A stretch of DNA of 64,000 nucleotides, from NCBI GenBank assembly GCA_965153285.1, contig OZ229127.1, one strand, 5' to 3'. Position 1 is the first letter of the stretch. The number at the start of each line of letters is the position of its first letter. This DNA is from Podarcis tiliguerta. Its lineage: Eukaryota. Below the pieces are notes generated by a model. The model worked only from the letters and a program-made list of their open reading frames with translations, made no database searches and was not told the origin of the DNA. A program made the position numbers and the translations under genes. Below are positions 35,183 to 48,085 of the stretch, one piece after another.

Positions 35183-37474
35183 TATATTGCTTTTGCGCTG
35201 TTGGGCAGCAGCTGTCCATAGGCAGCAGGTTCGATTCGTGGTGCCTCCGAGTAGTAATAATCGTGACCATAAACATTTTATTATTCATACCCCACCCATC
35301 TGGCTGGATTTTCCAGGTAGGGGTCAGGGAGGAAAGCCTCCCTCCAGAGTCCCTGAGGATGCACAGCTGCCAGTTGGGGGCGGCAGGAGCCCTGCGCCGC
35401 ACAGAAGAGCTGCACTTGGCTTGCTGGATGGCGACAAAAGGGAGGAAAGGCACCAGCAAGGCGGGGAGAGGTGGAGATCAAAGAGCTTCTCTTGGGAGCC
35501 AGGAGCAAGCAGAGCTCTCTCTCGCTGCCTCTCTCTCTCTCACAGGCAGGCAGCTGAGCCAGACTCCCCCTGGCAGGCAGACGTGATGGGGTGTGCTCAG
35601 CACCGACCGTTACACACACAGCATGTGTGCGGTTTGCTTGGCCTGGAAAGAATGAGATAAGTGCAGCCCAGCCCCTAGGAGGGCCAGGCGCTGCCTCGCG
35701 AGGGGGGGGGGGCGCGGAGGCGGCAGCATGAGCACCAGGCCCGGCAGAGATCAAGCGAGGCCTGCTGGAGACTGGCAGGCTTGTCCTGGGGAGAAGGAGA
35801 GCAGCCTTCCGGATGTTTCTGAGAAGAGCTCCTTTGCCACCAGGGGCTTTCCCTCCTTGCCGAAAGCCGTGCAGCTCCAAGCTGCATGGGGGAGGTGTGG
35901 GCAGCCGAGGGCGGGCGATAAGGAGGCCCCCCCAGCGCCTTTGCACACAAGGCAGGAGAGAAGCCAGGCTCTGCAGAGGCGCCAGACACACACAGGCTGC
36001 TTCTGTCCCAAGAGATGCCCAGGCCACACAAAACCCTAGAACCCTAGAATTGTAGAGGAGGAAGGAACCCCAAGAGTCATCTAGTCCACCCCCTGCAAGG
36101 CACAAATCCCTGAGAGATGGCCACCCAAGCTCTGCCTAAAAGCCTCCAAGGAAGGAGAGTCTTCCACCTCTGGAGGGAAGTTCTTCCTGAGGGTGAGTCG
36201 GAATCTCCTTTCTTGTGACACGAAGCCACGGGTTCAAGTCCTACCCTCCTGAGCAGGAGAAAACAAGCTTGTTCCCTCTTCTATGGGACAGCCCTTGAGA
36301 TATTTGAAGATGGCATTCGGATCTCCTCTGTCTTCTCTTCACCGGGCTAAACATACCCAGCCTCTTCAGGCATCAGTCTGCTTGCGCAGCCAGTGAGGCA
36401 GCACCCTGCACTGCTCTGGTCGTGGAGACTGGGAACAAGGAGAATCCCCCGCCCATGTCAGGTCAGGCCTCAGGTGTGGCTGCAAGGGCCCCTGTGAGAC
36501 TATCAAGCAGGCGCAGTCTCCTCTTGGAGCGAGCCGCCTGGCAAGGGAGGGGGGTGCCTGGGCCAGGGCTCCTCCCTCCTTCCACTTGTCCTGCGGTTTC
36601 CAGGCATGGGCAATAGAGGTTCTTCCGTCCCAGGAAAGCCTGCTGTCTGCTGCAAAATTAGAACAAGTGTTGATGTGCAGAAAACCCATTGGATGCCTGC
36701 ATTGCAGGGGGCTGGACTAGATGACCCTCAGAGCCCCTTCCAACTCTATGATTCTACGTTCTGATTCAGCAGTCCCCAGAGGGGAAAAACCTCATGAGAC
36801 AAAGAGAAGTGTGGGTGAGCCCTAAGGACCTAGGCATCCAAACAGACTGGCCCTGCATATGGATGCAAGAAGAGCCTGGCTGCTGGGTGAGGCTGTCCTC
36901 ACAGCGGCCAACCAGGTCCCCATGATGAGAACCCAGCAAGCAGAATCTGAGCACAAGGACAACTCTCTCCTCCTGTGGTTTCCAGCAACGGGCATTCAGA
37001 AGCGTGGCTGCCTCTGACTGTGGAAGCAGAGTACAGCCAACCTGGCTAGGAGCCATCGATAGCCCTGCCCCCCATGAACCCCTCTCTTAAAGTCATCCAA
37101 GCTGGCGGCCATCACTGCCTCCTGTGGCCGGGAGTTCCACAGTTAAACTCTGCGCTGCATGAACGAGGGCACTCTGTCCTGATTCTCCCAGCATTCAGCT
37201 CCACTGGGTGCCGATGAATTCTAGCACTGGGGGGGGGGGGGTGCTTTTCTCCACCCGCTTTCCCCATGCTGTGCGTAACATGAAAGACTTCTGTTGTGTT
37301 TCCTCGTACTGGCCTGTGCTCTGACCTTGAAAGCCCCAGGCATTGCCGGTTTGAGCGTATGTTATACATGCAAGTGTTCTGAACTGCTTTTACGCATTTT
37401 TATGACACTGCAAACCGCTTTATGAGGCCTCGTGGGAAGCGCTTCACAAATGCTGCTGACAAATGGCCTGAAGG

Positions 37475-37617
37475 TGGCTTGGTTGGATAGAGGTGGAGCT
37501 GATGATGCCAAGGTTGCAGGTTCGAGCCCCATGCAGGAACGCTGCATAGTCCTGCATTGCAGGGGTTGGGCTGGATGGCCCTGGGGGTCCCTTCTAAATC
37601 TACCATTCTGTGATTCT
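37475..37617 (+). mobile_element. tRNA-Ile-headed, CR1-tailed SINE (degenerate)
   Basis: gctgatgatgccaaggttgcaggttcgagcccc plus a CR1 tail. Confidence 0.75.
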
Positions 37618-39956
37618 TGTGCAGCTCCACTTTTGCAGAGGGAGCCTCAGCCTTGCCTCTGCACTGCTGCAGGCCTGGCTGGATGCTTGAGGTTTTCTAA
37701 GAAATGTTTCCTTCCAGCTTGCTGGCTGCAGGATTCTGGGAGGGTGGGCAGCAGAGGCTCAAAGGTGGCAGCTGGGGAAGCCTTCAAGGAAGGCTGAGGG
37801 AACGGGATGTCCTGGAATAGCTCTGGAGCAGAAAGCTGCTGCTCCTGAACTTACGCGACCTCAGGGAGGCTACAGCAAGGCTGGCACAGAGAAAGGGAGG
37901 AGGTCAGCAAGGAACAGCCAGGAAGCCACTGCTGGAAGGTGTGGGGGGGGAGCAGCTTTGGGGGCTCCCCCACCCCACCCTTGTCCCCAGCTGACTGTTC
38001 CTGCCCTGGAAGAACAGGCCAAAGGGTTCCTCTAGATCAGAACTGGCACAGCAGGAGCGGCCGCTGGGAAGGGACTGCTCCAGGCACATGGAAGAAGGCA
38101 AGTTCAGAAAACACCACGGAGACGATTCCCAAAAGGCCAAAAAGGTACCAAGGCCTCCACAACAGGGGGGTCTTCCACCAGCTCCCCTCCTCCTGGCTGA
38201 AGAGAATGAAACAACACTTTGTCCAAAGAGCAGAACTCCCAACGCTCCAACCACGGGCTCTGAATCAGACGGTATTTTGGGCTTCCAAGTCAAACCCACA
38301 CCCAAAAAGGAGCCATGGCAACCGGCTTAGGGAAGGGGGGGTGCGACTCCCTTATTAGCAAAAAGGGATGATGAGGCATCGTTGGCGCTGGCAGTGAGGG
38401 GGGGGGGCTGCGTGGAACAGACGGAAGAGGGGGGCAGATGGGGATTTTCAAACCATTTCTGGAAGGTATTTTTAAAGAAAGTGCACGCACAGAATGCAGA
38501 TTTTGGAAGCAGGAATAGACGTCCCTCTCCAGCGAGGGGGGAGAAGAACGCCGCCCTTTTCCAGGGCAGGGGCAAGAGGAACCCTTGCCGGGAATCTCCC
38601 CTGGAAAACCTCTTCCCCAGGGGAATGGGAGAAAGACATCCAAGCAGCGCCCGGGGAACTGGTGTCTCCGCCTCCTTGGGTCAAACGGGAACCGGGAGGG
38701 CATCCTCTCAAGGCCCCGCCATCCATGCAGTCGCAAGGCCAGACCCACGGATTGCCAATGACCCTGCAAAAGGGGTGGGCGAACTCTGCCCCTGCTCTGC
38801 TCTTCCTCCCTGGCTCTGGGTCCCCCTTGGGGCTCCCTTGATGTTTTAGTGCCCAGGCACTTTCTTCCCAAACTGGCGAAGGCCAAGCCTGGCATGGCTG
38901 AAGAAGAGCTGCAGCTGCTCCTCACCACCTTTTGTTTTGGGGGATGCACATTAAAAGAACCTGCTCCACTTCCTTCTGCAAAGGGAAAGCGGAGGAAGAG
39001 GAGGAGGCTGGTTGGCGGCAGCAGCCAGAAGACGGATTCAGCCCCCAGTACTGCCACTCACCCCCTCGCCTTGGCCCTGCAGGACAAGCAGCAGGCACCA
39101 TCCGCTGCCACCCCCTGCAAAGGGGGATGAGGCCCCTGCTAGAAGGGGGGCAAAGCGAGGGGCTCCTGAGTCCCTTGCAGTTGCTGGGAGCTGGGGGGGG
39201 CAGAGGGGGCTTGGGGTCAGGATCACCTTGACCACCAGTGGGGAGGCAACCATGCCATCTATCCTGGCTGCCAATGAGTTTCCGGGCCCCATTCAAAGCA
39301 CTGGTGCTGACCTGAAACGCCTTGCGTAGGACCACAATCCCTTCAGCTGCTGTGGTGCTGTCAGGATTGTGGTCCTCTTTGGGGCCAGCAGGTCAGCCTC
39401 GTCCTCCCAGATATCAAAGGCCGGCCTGGCAAACGACATGCTCAGAGGCACTCTTTACACAGGCCAAGGGCGAAAACAACAAAGCGCTGTGAAACAAGCC
39501 AGGGCCAAAGTCAAGGAAAGGCAACACCTGCCACGTAGTGAGCAGAGCTGCTTGTCAAGCCCCGTCTCCTTAATTCTCAGTGGCCCACCTAGCCCAGCAT
39601 CCTGTTCTCTCGGAGACCAAATACCCCTAAGGACTAGGGGTCCACATAGACTGCCTCTGGAGCTGGAGGTTCCTTAAGAGCATAGGAAGAGGCTCCCACA
39701 CAGTCCAGCCTCCTGTTCTCACAGCAGCCAACCAGATGCCTCTTTTGGGAAACCCCTAAGAATGATTTGAGCCCAAGAGCACCTCTCCCCTCCGGGGGTT
39801 TTGGGCAACTGGGATTTGGAAGAATTGCTGACTCTGACCACGGAAGGAAGAGCATTGCCTTTGTGGCCTAATCCTCTTTTAAAGCCATCCAGGTTGGCGG
39901 CCATCAATTGCCTCTTGTGGCAGGGAGTTCCAGAGTTCAAATATGCACTGCCCAGA

Positions 39957-40620
39957 TAGAATCATAGAGTTGGAAGAGACCACAAGGGCCATCGAGTCCA
40001 ACCCCCTGCCAAGCAGGAAACACCATCAGAGCACTCCTGACATTTGGTTGTCAAGCCTCTGTTTAAAGACCTCCAAAGAAGGAGACTCCACCACACTCCT
40101 TGGCAGCAAATTCCACTGTCGAACGGCTCTTACTGTCAGGAAGTTCTTCCTAATGTTTAGGTGGAATCTTCTTTCTTGTAGTTTGGATCCATTGCTCCGT
40201 GTCCGCTTCTCTGGAGCAGCAGAAAACAACCTTTCTCCCTCCTCTAGGTGACATCCTTTTATATATTTGAACATGGCTATCATATCCCCCCTTAACCTCC
40301 TCTTCTCCAGGCTAAACATGCCCAGCTCCCTTAGCCGATCCTCATAAGGCATTGTTTCCAGGCTTTGACCATTTTGGTTGCCCTCCTCTGTACACGTTCT
40401 AGTTTGTCAGTGTCCTTCTTGAACTGTGGTGCCCAGAACTGGACACAGTACTCCAGGTGAGGTCTGACCAGAGCAGAATACAGTGGCACTATTACTTCCC
40501 TTGATCTAGATGCTATACTCCTATTGATGCAGCCCAGAATTGCATTGGCTTTTTTAGCTGCCGCGTCACACTGTTGGCTCATGTCAAGTTTGTGGCCAAC
40601 CAAGACTCCTAGATCCTTTT
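39957..40620 (-). mobile_element. Young 5'-truncated CR1 LINE
   Basis: [56 protein letters not shown] 1-nt frameshift at about 40362 relative to the 6321-6840 copy. Confidence 0.95.
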
Positions 40621-42167
40621 CAGCTGAAGAGAAAGATGGGCACTGTGAAAGATGGGCTCCACCTCGAAGGATATGCACCAAAGAGGAGTGGTCCCAGCCC
40701 TGCTAAGAAGGCTCCACTGATCTGATCAGGGGTCAACAGCCAAGTCTCCCAAGGGGAGAAGCTAGGAACTCCTGTGCGTGTGGCAATGCCCATGTCAGAA
40801 GGAAGGGAGGGAGGGAGGGTTTTTCGATCCACAGAGGCTGGCTGCTGCGCCACCTCCTCAGAGCTACACCCCACCAGCTTTTTTCAAAACTCTACCAGGG
40901 TGCCCATCTTGCCCATGCACTCTGCATTCTGCCAGGGCACCAGGCTGCTCCCCATTCCTGAGGGAGCCACAGGCCTAATGAGCAGCTGCAAAGATTGTCG
41001 ACAGGAAGTTCCCCAGCCGGGAGATGCTGGCAGGAATTGGAAATTGCACCTGGCCAAGGAGGAGGAAGAGAAGGGGGGAAAGCAGCGGCTGAGGCTGGCA
41101 CAGCTAGAGGAGGAAGGGAGGGTGCAGAAAGGGCAGGGAGCCTCTATTGGGAGCACCTGGGAAGAAGGTGCGCCTGCCGAGCATCACCCGCCTAGGGCTA
41201 CCTCGTCATGGTGGGAGCACACCCTCCTCCTCAGACAGGAAAGGTAGGCAAGCAAAGAAGGTCTGGGGGAATCCAAGGTGGGTGCTTCAGCCGCTCTCTT
41301 GCTGGTGCAATTTGTAGAGGTGTGTGAGCTTTGGACTGGGCCCCACATATCAAGCGGGGGGCACAACACCCCACGCTGCCAAAGCTCGGCATAAACCAAG
41401 CATCCCAAGCCCATTTTCATTATCAGGAGTCAATCAGTCTTGGAAAACATCCCAATAGTTTTTCACATGAGCCCGCTGGTGGAATGTGCCCCCCCACCTC
41501 TCCCTGCCCTTCCCAGAGTATGGAAGTGGTTGGCTAAATTGCAACCCATGTGCAGGGCCAGAACCCAGGCTGGCAAGAGCACGCAATGACCCCATTGCAC
41601 CATACGCATAGCCAAGCTCAGTGCTAGATATCCCGCAGGCGCCAGGCACATTCTGTGACTGGTGCAGGTCCCGTTGTGACCACACCAGGTGCCTGGTCGG
41701 CGACTGACGTCTCCCTCTGGCTGCCCCTCCAGCTTTCTTAAGCAGGTCAAGAGAAGAGCTCACGGATTGCACTTTTTCTCCATGGTTCACATCCTTCCTC
41801 AGAGACAGGTGGAGAGGCTGCGACTGACTCCAAGGGCACCCAGTGAGCAGCAGGATGGAGGGGTGATTCGAACCCTGATCTCCCAGGTCCTTGTCCAACG
41901 TTCTCACCATTACACCACACTGCGTTCCCAGAGCACTTCTGCTATGGGCAAACTCTATAAATTAAGCTGGTAAATAAACAGGGGGGAAGCAAAATGTCCC
42001 TGAGAGAAGGATCTGAAATACTTTCCTTGAAGCTTGAATTTGTTTTATTCTGGATTGTTTTATTTAATGTCTTAATGTGTCGCAAACCGCTTTGAGACTG
42101 TTTTCTTGAAAATATAAAGCCATATAGAAATGAAAATACTACTACTAACAATAATAATCCTCACTGC

Positions 42168-42571
42168 TGCCCAAAAATGGAAACAGGAGCAACTACCAAC
42201 GCTTGAAGAATGGAGAAGGAAGCTGATGGACTATGCAGAAGTGGATAAATTAACAGGGAAGATTAGATATCTACGAGACCCCATCGAGGACTGGGGAAAA
42301 TTTGTAGATTATCTGGAATGTATATGTGATGAGCAAATAACGCTAGTGGGATTTCAAGAAGCTCTGTGAATGTTTAAGGAATATTGTAAAAAAGAAAATA
42401 AGAGTGAGAGGGTATATAAAATGCAATATCAAAATTAGGAAATGCGTAATTAAAAAAATTGGATATGAATGATTGTCAGAGAGGCTGAAGGAAGTCTAAA
42501 AGAAAATATGTGACAAATTTTGATATGATATTACAAATGTATGTTGGAAAATTAATAAAAAATATTTTAAA
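42168..42571 (+). mobile_element. 5'-truncated L1-clade LINE with 18-bp TSD
   Basis: ORF2 end AQKWKQEQLPTLEEW..KLMDYAE..KLT...DWGKFVDYL, then 3' UTR and aataaa. TSD AATAATAATCCTCACTGC at 42150-42167 and 42572-42589. Confidence 0.88.
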
Positions 42572-43563
42572 AATAATAATCCTCACTGCCAAAAAAAAAA
42601 AAATCACCTAGACCTTCCGTTGTGGTGACTGCAACCTCGGTTTAAGGTGCCATTTAGCAATTAGCTCATATATCTGAGTTTCTAACACTGGCTAAGATGT
42701 TTGATATGTCGGCAAATCCCTTGTTTTGGGGGAGGGTTTTTTGTGTTTTTTAAAGGTGCCCACAGCTGAAACTCTGCCTGGCAGGTGTCTACGTCCCGCT
42801 TACCTAAGCATGGAGGAATTAACTCTGCCAGGCAGTCTAGACTGCGGTGATGAGGCTGCCTGAGCGCGGAATCTGCCAGCCAGAAATAACAGGATGGAAA
42901 ATTTACCACTGGTGGATGGGAAGCAAAGGCCACTACTGCCACCTTGTGGCCAGCACCTGCCACTGCAAGCCGCCTGGGACGAAGCCTGAGCACATCAGCT
43001 CCAAGGAGATTCCAAAAGTGTCCCGGTCTATTCGGAGTCTCTTCGGTGGCTCCTCTGCTTTAAAGCAGCACAGGCCCCGCTGCTGCTCCAAAGTCCCCCC
43101 CTTAACATGGGAGTGAAGCTCGCCTCCTCCTGAGACAGGGCCTCTGCGGCGGAAGCTCCTCCGAAATGCCCGTCCAGGGGGCTGCCCACCCCTTGCCCTC
43201 TTTTACAGGACGGCCACCCACTTTTGGATGGCTGGGCAAACCCAGGGAGGAGGCGGAGAGGGCTATCAAGGCAGGGTGCCTCTGCCCTGCCTCCCCAGCC
43301 GGAGGCAGAGATGGGTCCCAGCTGGGGGTCTCCGCAGGAGAGGAGAGCTGCTTGCGGGCTTCCCCTAATGAGCACCTGGTTGGCCCCATCCCAGCCTCGT
43401 CCAGCAGCCAGGCTCTTCTTGCATCCGTATGGAACCTCTGCTCACCTCTTCATCCACCTCCCCCAGCACTGCCTTGATGGTGAAGGCAAACAGATCCCCT
43501 CCCACCAGCTCAAGCCCTCTGGATTCCCAAAACCCCTAGAAATGCAGTCCATTGTTTGGCGAG

Positions 43564-43806
43564 AGCCAGTGTGGTGTAGTGGTTAAGAGCAGCAGACCCG
43601 TAATCTGGGGAACCGGGTTCGCGTCTCCGCTCCTCCACCTGCAGCTGCTGGGTGACCTTGGGCCAGTCACACTTCTCTGAAGCCTCTCAGCCCCACTCAC
43701 CTCACAGAGTGTTCGTTGTGGGGAGGAAGGGAAAGGAGAATGTGAGCCGCTTTGAGACTCCTTAAAGGGAGTGAAAGGCGGGATATCAAATCCAAACTCC
43801 TCTTCT
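43564..43806 (+). mobile_element. tRNA-derived SINE with L2-like tail (Squam3-type)
   Basis: agccagtgtggtgtagtggttaagagc (A box) ... gggttcgcgtctcc (B box) ... gggtgaccttgggccagtcac ... tgtgagccgctttgag..gggatatcaaatccaaactc tail. Confidence 0.8.
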
Positions 43807-44668
43807 GCTGCTGCTGTTTGCAAGAGAACAGCAAAGAAATGACCCAGCCCAGTGTAACTGAGGACACTGGGAGGCAGGGTTAGGCCAAGAGTGAGCAACT
43901 GGCTCCAAGGTCGCCCAGCGAGCCCATGGCTGAGTGGGGAATTGAACCTGGGTCTCCAACTATGACTCTGCCCTAGAGTTCTGCTTACTAAGGGCACACA
44001 TCTGAACTAAACTAAGGCTGCACCTCACTGCCTGAATGAGGCTGGATGAGCCCAGGTGGTCCATGGGCCAGTCTGGGAAGCCCCCACACCTTGGCCAGGC
44101 TGACTTTTAGACAAGGAAAGTCAAGAGCCAAGGCAGATCCTGCAGTTACATAACGATCCCCACCATCAAACGGCAGGCCACAGAGGAGTCAGCCTCCCTG
44201 GCCTTGTTACATAAGGATTGGCGGTGGGGCTGATGATGGCACTGATCACAGGGCTGGCAATCTGTCCGTCCAGGTTGTGACGGAAGAGAGATGCCGCCTC
44301 TGAGTCAGCCAGGGAAGATGCATGGCAGCTGCGCACTGGCAGGCTTGGCCTGGCACAGGCACTGCCTCCAAACCAGCTCTGGGGCGCTCTGTCTCCCAGG
44401 CGCCTGGCACAAACTGCAGCTGGCAGGAGGAAGCGGGTGCCCTGCATCTCCACCTGGGGAAAAGCCTCCCCCAGGACCAGCAGCGGGAGGCTTACCTGGC
44501 ATCAAAGGGGAGGGAGAGCCCGGGCTGTGTTGGCACACGTGCCCAGATTGCAAAGCACCCTGGAAATCACGAATGGCGGGAGGAGAGAGACACACTCTAA
44601 GAGCACATAAGGCACACAAGCTGCAAGGCCCCACAAGTTGGGGTTGCTTTGGTTGTACAAAGCAGCAA

Positions 44669-44920
44669 GTAGGGCCGGGCAATATCTGGTTTTCAACCAT
44701 GTGATATATCACCACCTAAATATCACGACAGCCTGATAGATCACGATGTCTGAAATAAGGATGGAGCTACAGAGAGGCACTAGCTGGCTTCACGGTTTTT
44801 CCTGCATTGTGATTTTTGCATAGCACCCCCCCCCCCACACACACATATCATGATTTGTGATATATTGCCAGGTCAACCATTATGAAACCGATATCACGAG
44901 ATGGACTTCAAACTGCCCTA
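44669..44920. mobile_element. hAT-like MITE with repeated ATATCAC/GATAT subterminal motifs
   Basis: tagggccgggcaatatc ... ctgcccta termini and many atatc/gatat repeats. Confidence 0.6.
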
Positions 44921-45949
44921 GAAGCAAGCAGCATAACCAGAGGCGCCCAACCATTGCCGTATTTGCAGGCAAGGAAGCGAGAAAATCAGCAGAGCAGGAT
45001 CCAGGGGTCTCCCTCGCACCCACTGAAATGTGCAACATCCAAATGTGCTTCCCCGTGAAGCTGCCCCCTCGATCCAGCGGCACCCACAGCAGAAAGCGTC
45101 TGAAGGAGAGCCCCAAATGGACTCTGGGGTGCAGTGGGGGAGAGGAGAGGGGAGGCTGCATCACTGCCAGTCCCCGGATCGCAGCCAAATTTTGCTCCCC
45201 ACCCCAGAAGCAGGGCTGCTGGATCATGAGCAGACGCAGGCGAGTAGGAAGCTCTTTGGCGTGCTTCCTCTTCTTCCAAAGAGCCACTTCCTCCCTTCCC
45301 GGAAGCCCTGCTTCTGGTTGGGCTCTTGGGGGGGGGGCAAGGCTGAGGTGCCCTGCGCAGGTCCATTGCAAGAAGGCAGCGGAGCTGGGATTCAAGCCAG
45401 CTCTCTCTGCCCCTCCTCTCCCCCCGCATGCACTCCACACAAAAACCAACCCAGTATGACCACACACAGCCAGAGCTTTGGGCTCACCTAGCTCAGTGGT
45501 GCCTACCCTGACTCCCACACCCTGCCTTCTGCAGGCAGAGCAGGGGCTGTGCCCCTCCCCGCCCCGCACAGGAGGGTCAAAGCAAGCGCCTCAGCCGAGC
45601 CCCTTCTGGCTCTCTCCCAGCCCAGCTCAGATCCTTTCAGTGCAATCTGACACCCGGTGAGGTGCAGCCCTTTGGCTCCCCCCCCCCCAAGGCACCCGAT
45701 GGCTTTCTGAGTTAACTCAGGGGTGGCAGAAGCTGCCCTCCCAACAGCGGCCCCCGCCAGCACCTTGCAGGCGACACCAGGAGCCTGGAGCTCCAAGCCA
45801 GAAGTTCCTCCCCAGCTGCAGCTACTCCTCAGTTCTTGCATTTTGCTTTTTGCAGGCCCAGGAGAGGCTCCCCCCGCCAGGCTTGCCCCGCAGCTTCCCT
45901 CTCCTGACAGCCCTTCTCAGTCCTTCCAGTTGTGCCACATCTAAGGGAT

Positions 45950-46092
45950 AGAATCACAGGATCATAGAGTTGGAAGGAAGGGACCCCCAGAGTCATCTAG
46001 TCCAACCTCCTGCAATGCAGGAACCTTTTGCCCAACATGGGGCTCGAACCCACAAGCCTGAGAGTCCCATGCTCTACCGACTGAGCTATCTC
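45950..46092 (-). mobile_element. tRNA-Lys-headed, CR1-tailed SINE
   Basis: Reverse complement reads tagctcagtcggtagagcatgggactctcagg..gtgggttcgagccccatgttgggc plus a CR1 tail. Confidence 0.85.
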
Positions 46093-47494
46093 AGCTGTGC
46101 CCGTCCTCGCCATGGCCCAGTCAAGGGTGAAATTCTGCGGGGGCTCCCGTTTCACAAGCCCTTGGCGTCAACTGCATGGCAGTCACTTCTGCTTCCCAGA
46201 GCAAGCCAGCCGGTGCTCAGGTGATACAGAGAGAAGTCCCTTTTTCTTGGGAAGCAGAGAGAGAGAGATTGCAGGCAACATGCAGATGGGTATTTCAGGC
46301 TCAGGCTTGGTCACACAACTCGCTTGAGGCAAGGTTCCTCCTGGGACTCGTTCCTGGCAAGGCTTTGCTCCCTCTACCTTCCCACGGTATCAGGAACCAG
46401 GCTGGGTTGGTATGGGGTGGGCGACACTTGGGGCAAAAAAGGGACCCCAAAACACACAGGCACACCTCCCTGGCCATTCCACCACAAAAGCCAACTGCGG
46501 GTCTGAGTCATGCATGAGCCATTTCCACAAAAGGAGGGCGAAAGAGCAGGATGACCTGGAGACGCCTCAGTGACCTGCCTTCTGACATAGCCAGAAATCA
46601 GAATCCTAGAATGGTAGAGCTGGAAGGGACCCCCAAGGGTCATCTAGTCCAACCCGCTGCAATGCAGGAACCTCAACTAAAGCATCCATGACGGATGACC
46701 ATCTATGAACCCCTTTTGTTTACAGTGAGCAGCTGGAGGGAGGATGCTGCTCCTGACCAGAGGCAGAAAACAGGACTGTCCGAGTCCTCCCTTCTCCCTG
46801 CCCCCCATCTCAGGCCTTTTGGGCAAAGCTGAAAGCAGAATAACACCACCCCGTGATTCCTGTTTTCTTCCTCTCGCCATCACAGCGAAGGTGAAGTCCA
46901 AGCGGGTGACTCAGGAGACCAGGCCAGGGAAGAGGCTCAGAGCCTCTGTTTCCCAGATGCAGAGAGGACTCTCTGCCAAAGAGAAAGAGGTTCGCAGGAT
47001 CCTGCCACAAGCCCTCGTCTTCCAAGGATGACCCCAGTGACCCTCCTGGGGAATCCTCCGCCGCCAGCGCCATCCCAGCCACTCACAGTAAACAGCAACT
47101 GGATCCAGTCACTGCCCTCTCCATGGGCCAGGGCACCCTGAGGAGCACCCATCCTGCAGGGTGTCGGGAGGGGGGGTGAGGCACTTGGGGGGGGGATGCA
47201 GGGCCCTTGCCCCAGCCTGCAGCAGTGGTGTTTCTGCCAGGAAAAGGCCCTGCCCATTTCCACACAGGCTCACCTGTATCCTGAGACAGGAGGAGCTGCC
47301 CTTGTTTGGGCCCTCTCCTGCCCCACTCAATAAACAGCCAAATTCTACGTAACTGGGCCAGGCGGACGGCTTTTAAAATGGGTTTGTGGGAGGGGGGAAT
47401 TTGTTTCCTTCTGTTTCTGTTTTATTATGTTTTTTGTATTCTCACCTTGCATTTCTCTTTCATGAACTGCCCTGGGGTTTTTGGAGGAAGGACA

Positions 47495-47737
47495 GTACAG
47501 TCAAACCGAGAACAGTTTCTCGAATGTTTTGGTTCCCAAACACTACAAACCTGAAAGTGACTGTTCCAGTTTGTGAACTATTTTTGGAAGCCGAACATCC
47601 GACAGGGCTTCCGCGGCTTCCGATTGGCTGCAGGAGCTTCCTGCAACCAATTAGAAGCTGCACTTTGGTTTCCGAATGTTTCAGAAGTCGAACAGACTTC
47701 CAGAACGGATTCCATTCAACTTCCAAGGTATATTGTA
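47495..47737. mobile_element. Tigger/pogo-like MITE remnant
   Basis: Ends ..aacggattccattcaacttccaaggtatattgta, resembling the gaggtaccactgta TIR. Internal ccgattggctgcagg/cctgcaaccaatt palindrome. Confidence 0.55.
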
Positions 47738-47739
47738 TT

Positions 47740-48085
47740 CTTGGCATCTGTCTGTCTCAAGAGACAACGGAGTGCGCCTCCAAGGGTGAAGCCAACCTGC
47801 TGCATGAGCAGCACCCAAGTTACCTCCCTGGGGCGCAAGATTGTCCATGTGTCTGTGGGTTCTGGCTGCAGGAGTTGCTTAGGGGCTCCGCTCCAGATCT
47901 GCGTAGGATTTACTCCTGGGCCTTTTCTTCTCCCAAAAATGTACCACAAGGCAGCAGGTATAGATTCTTCCTCTGGCTTTACTCCCAAAGCCTTTCTCAT
48001 AAATTAATATAGCCACAAGGCAGTGGAGGTTTAGGGTCAGAGTTTTCCTTCCTTCCCAGGTGGACAAGCCCCATCTGCCCCTAAG
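47740..48085 (-). mobile_element. Longest copy of the unclassified RTE-like dispersed repeat
   Basis: Shares blocks with 3050-3195, 10290-10345 and 29230-29400. Confidence 0.65.
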
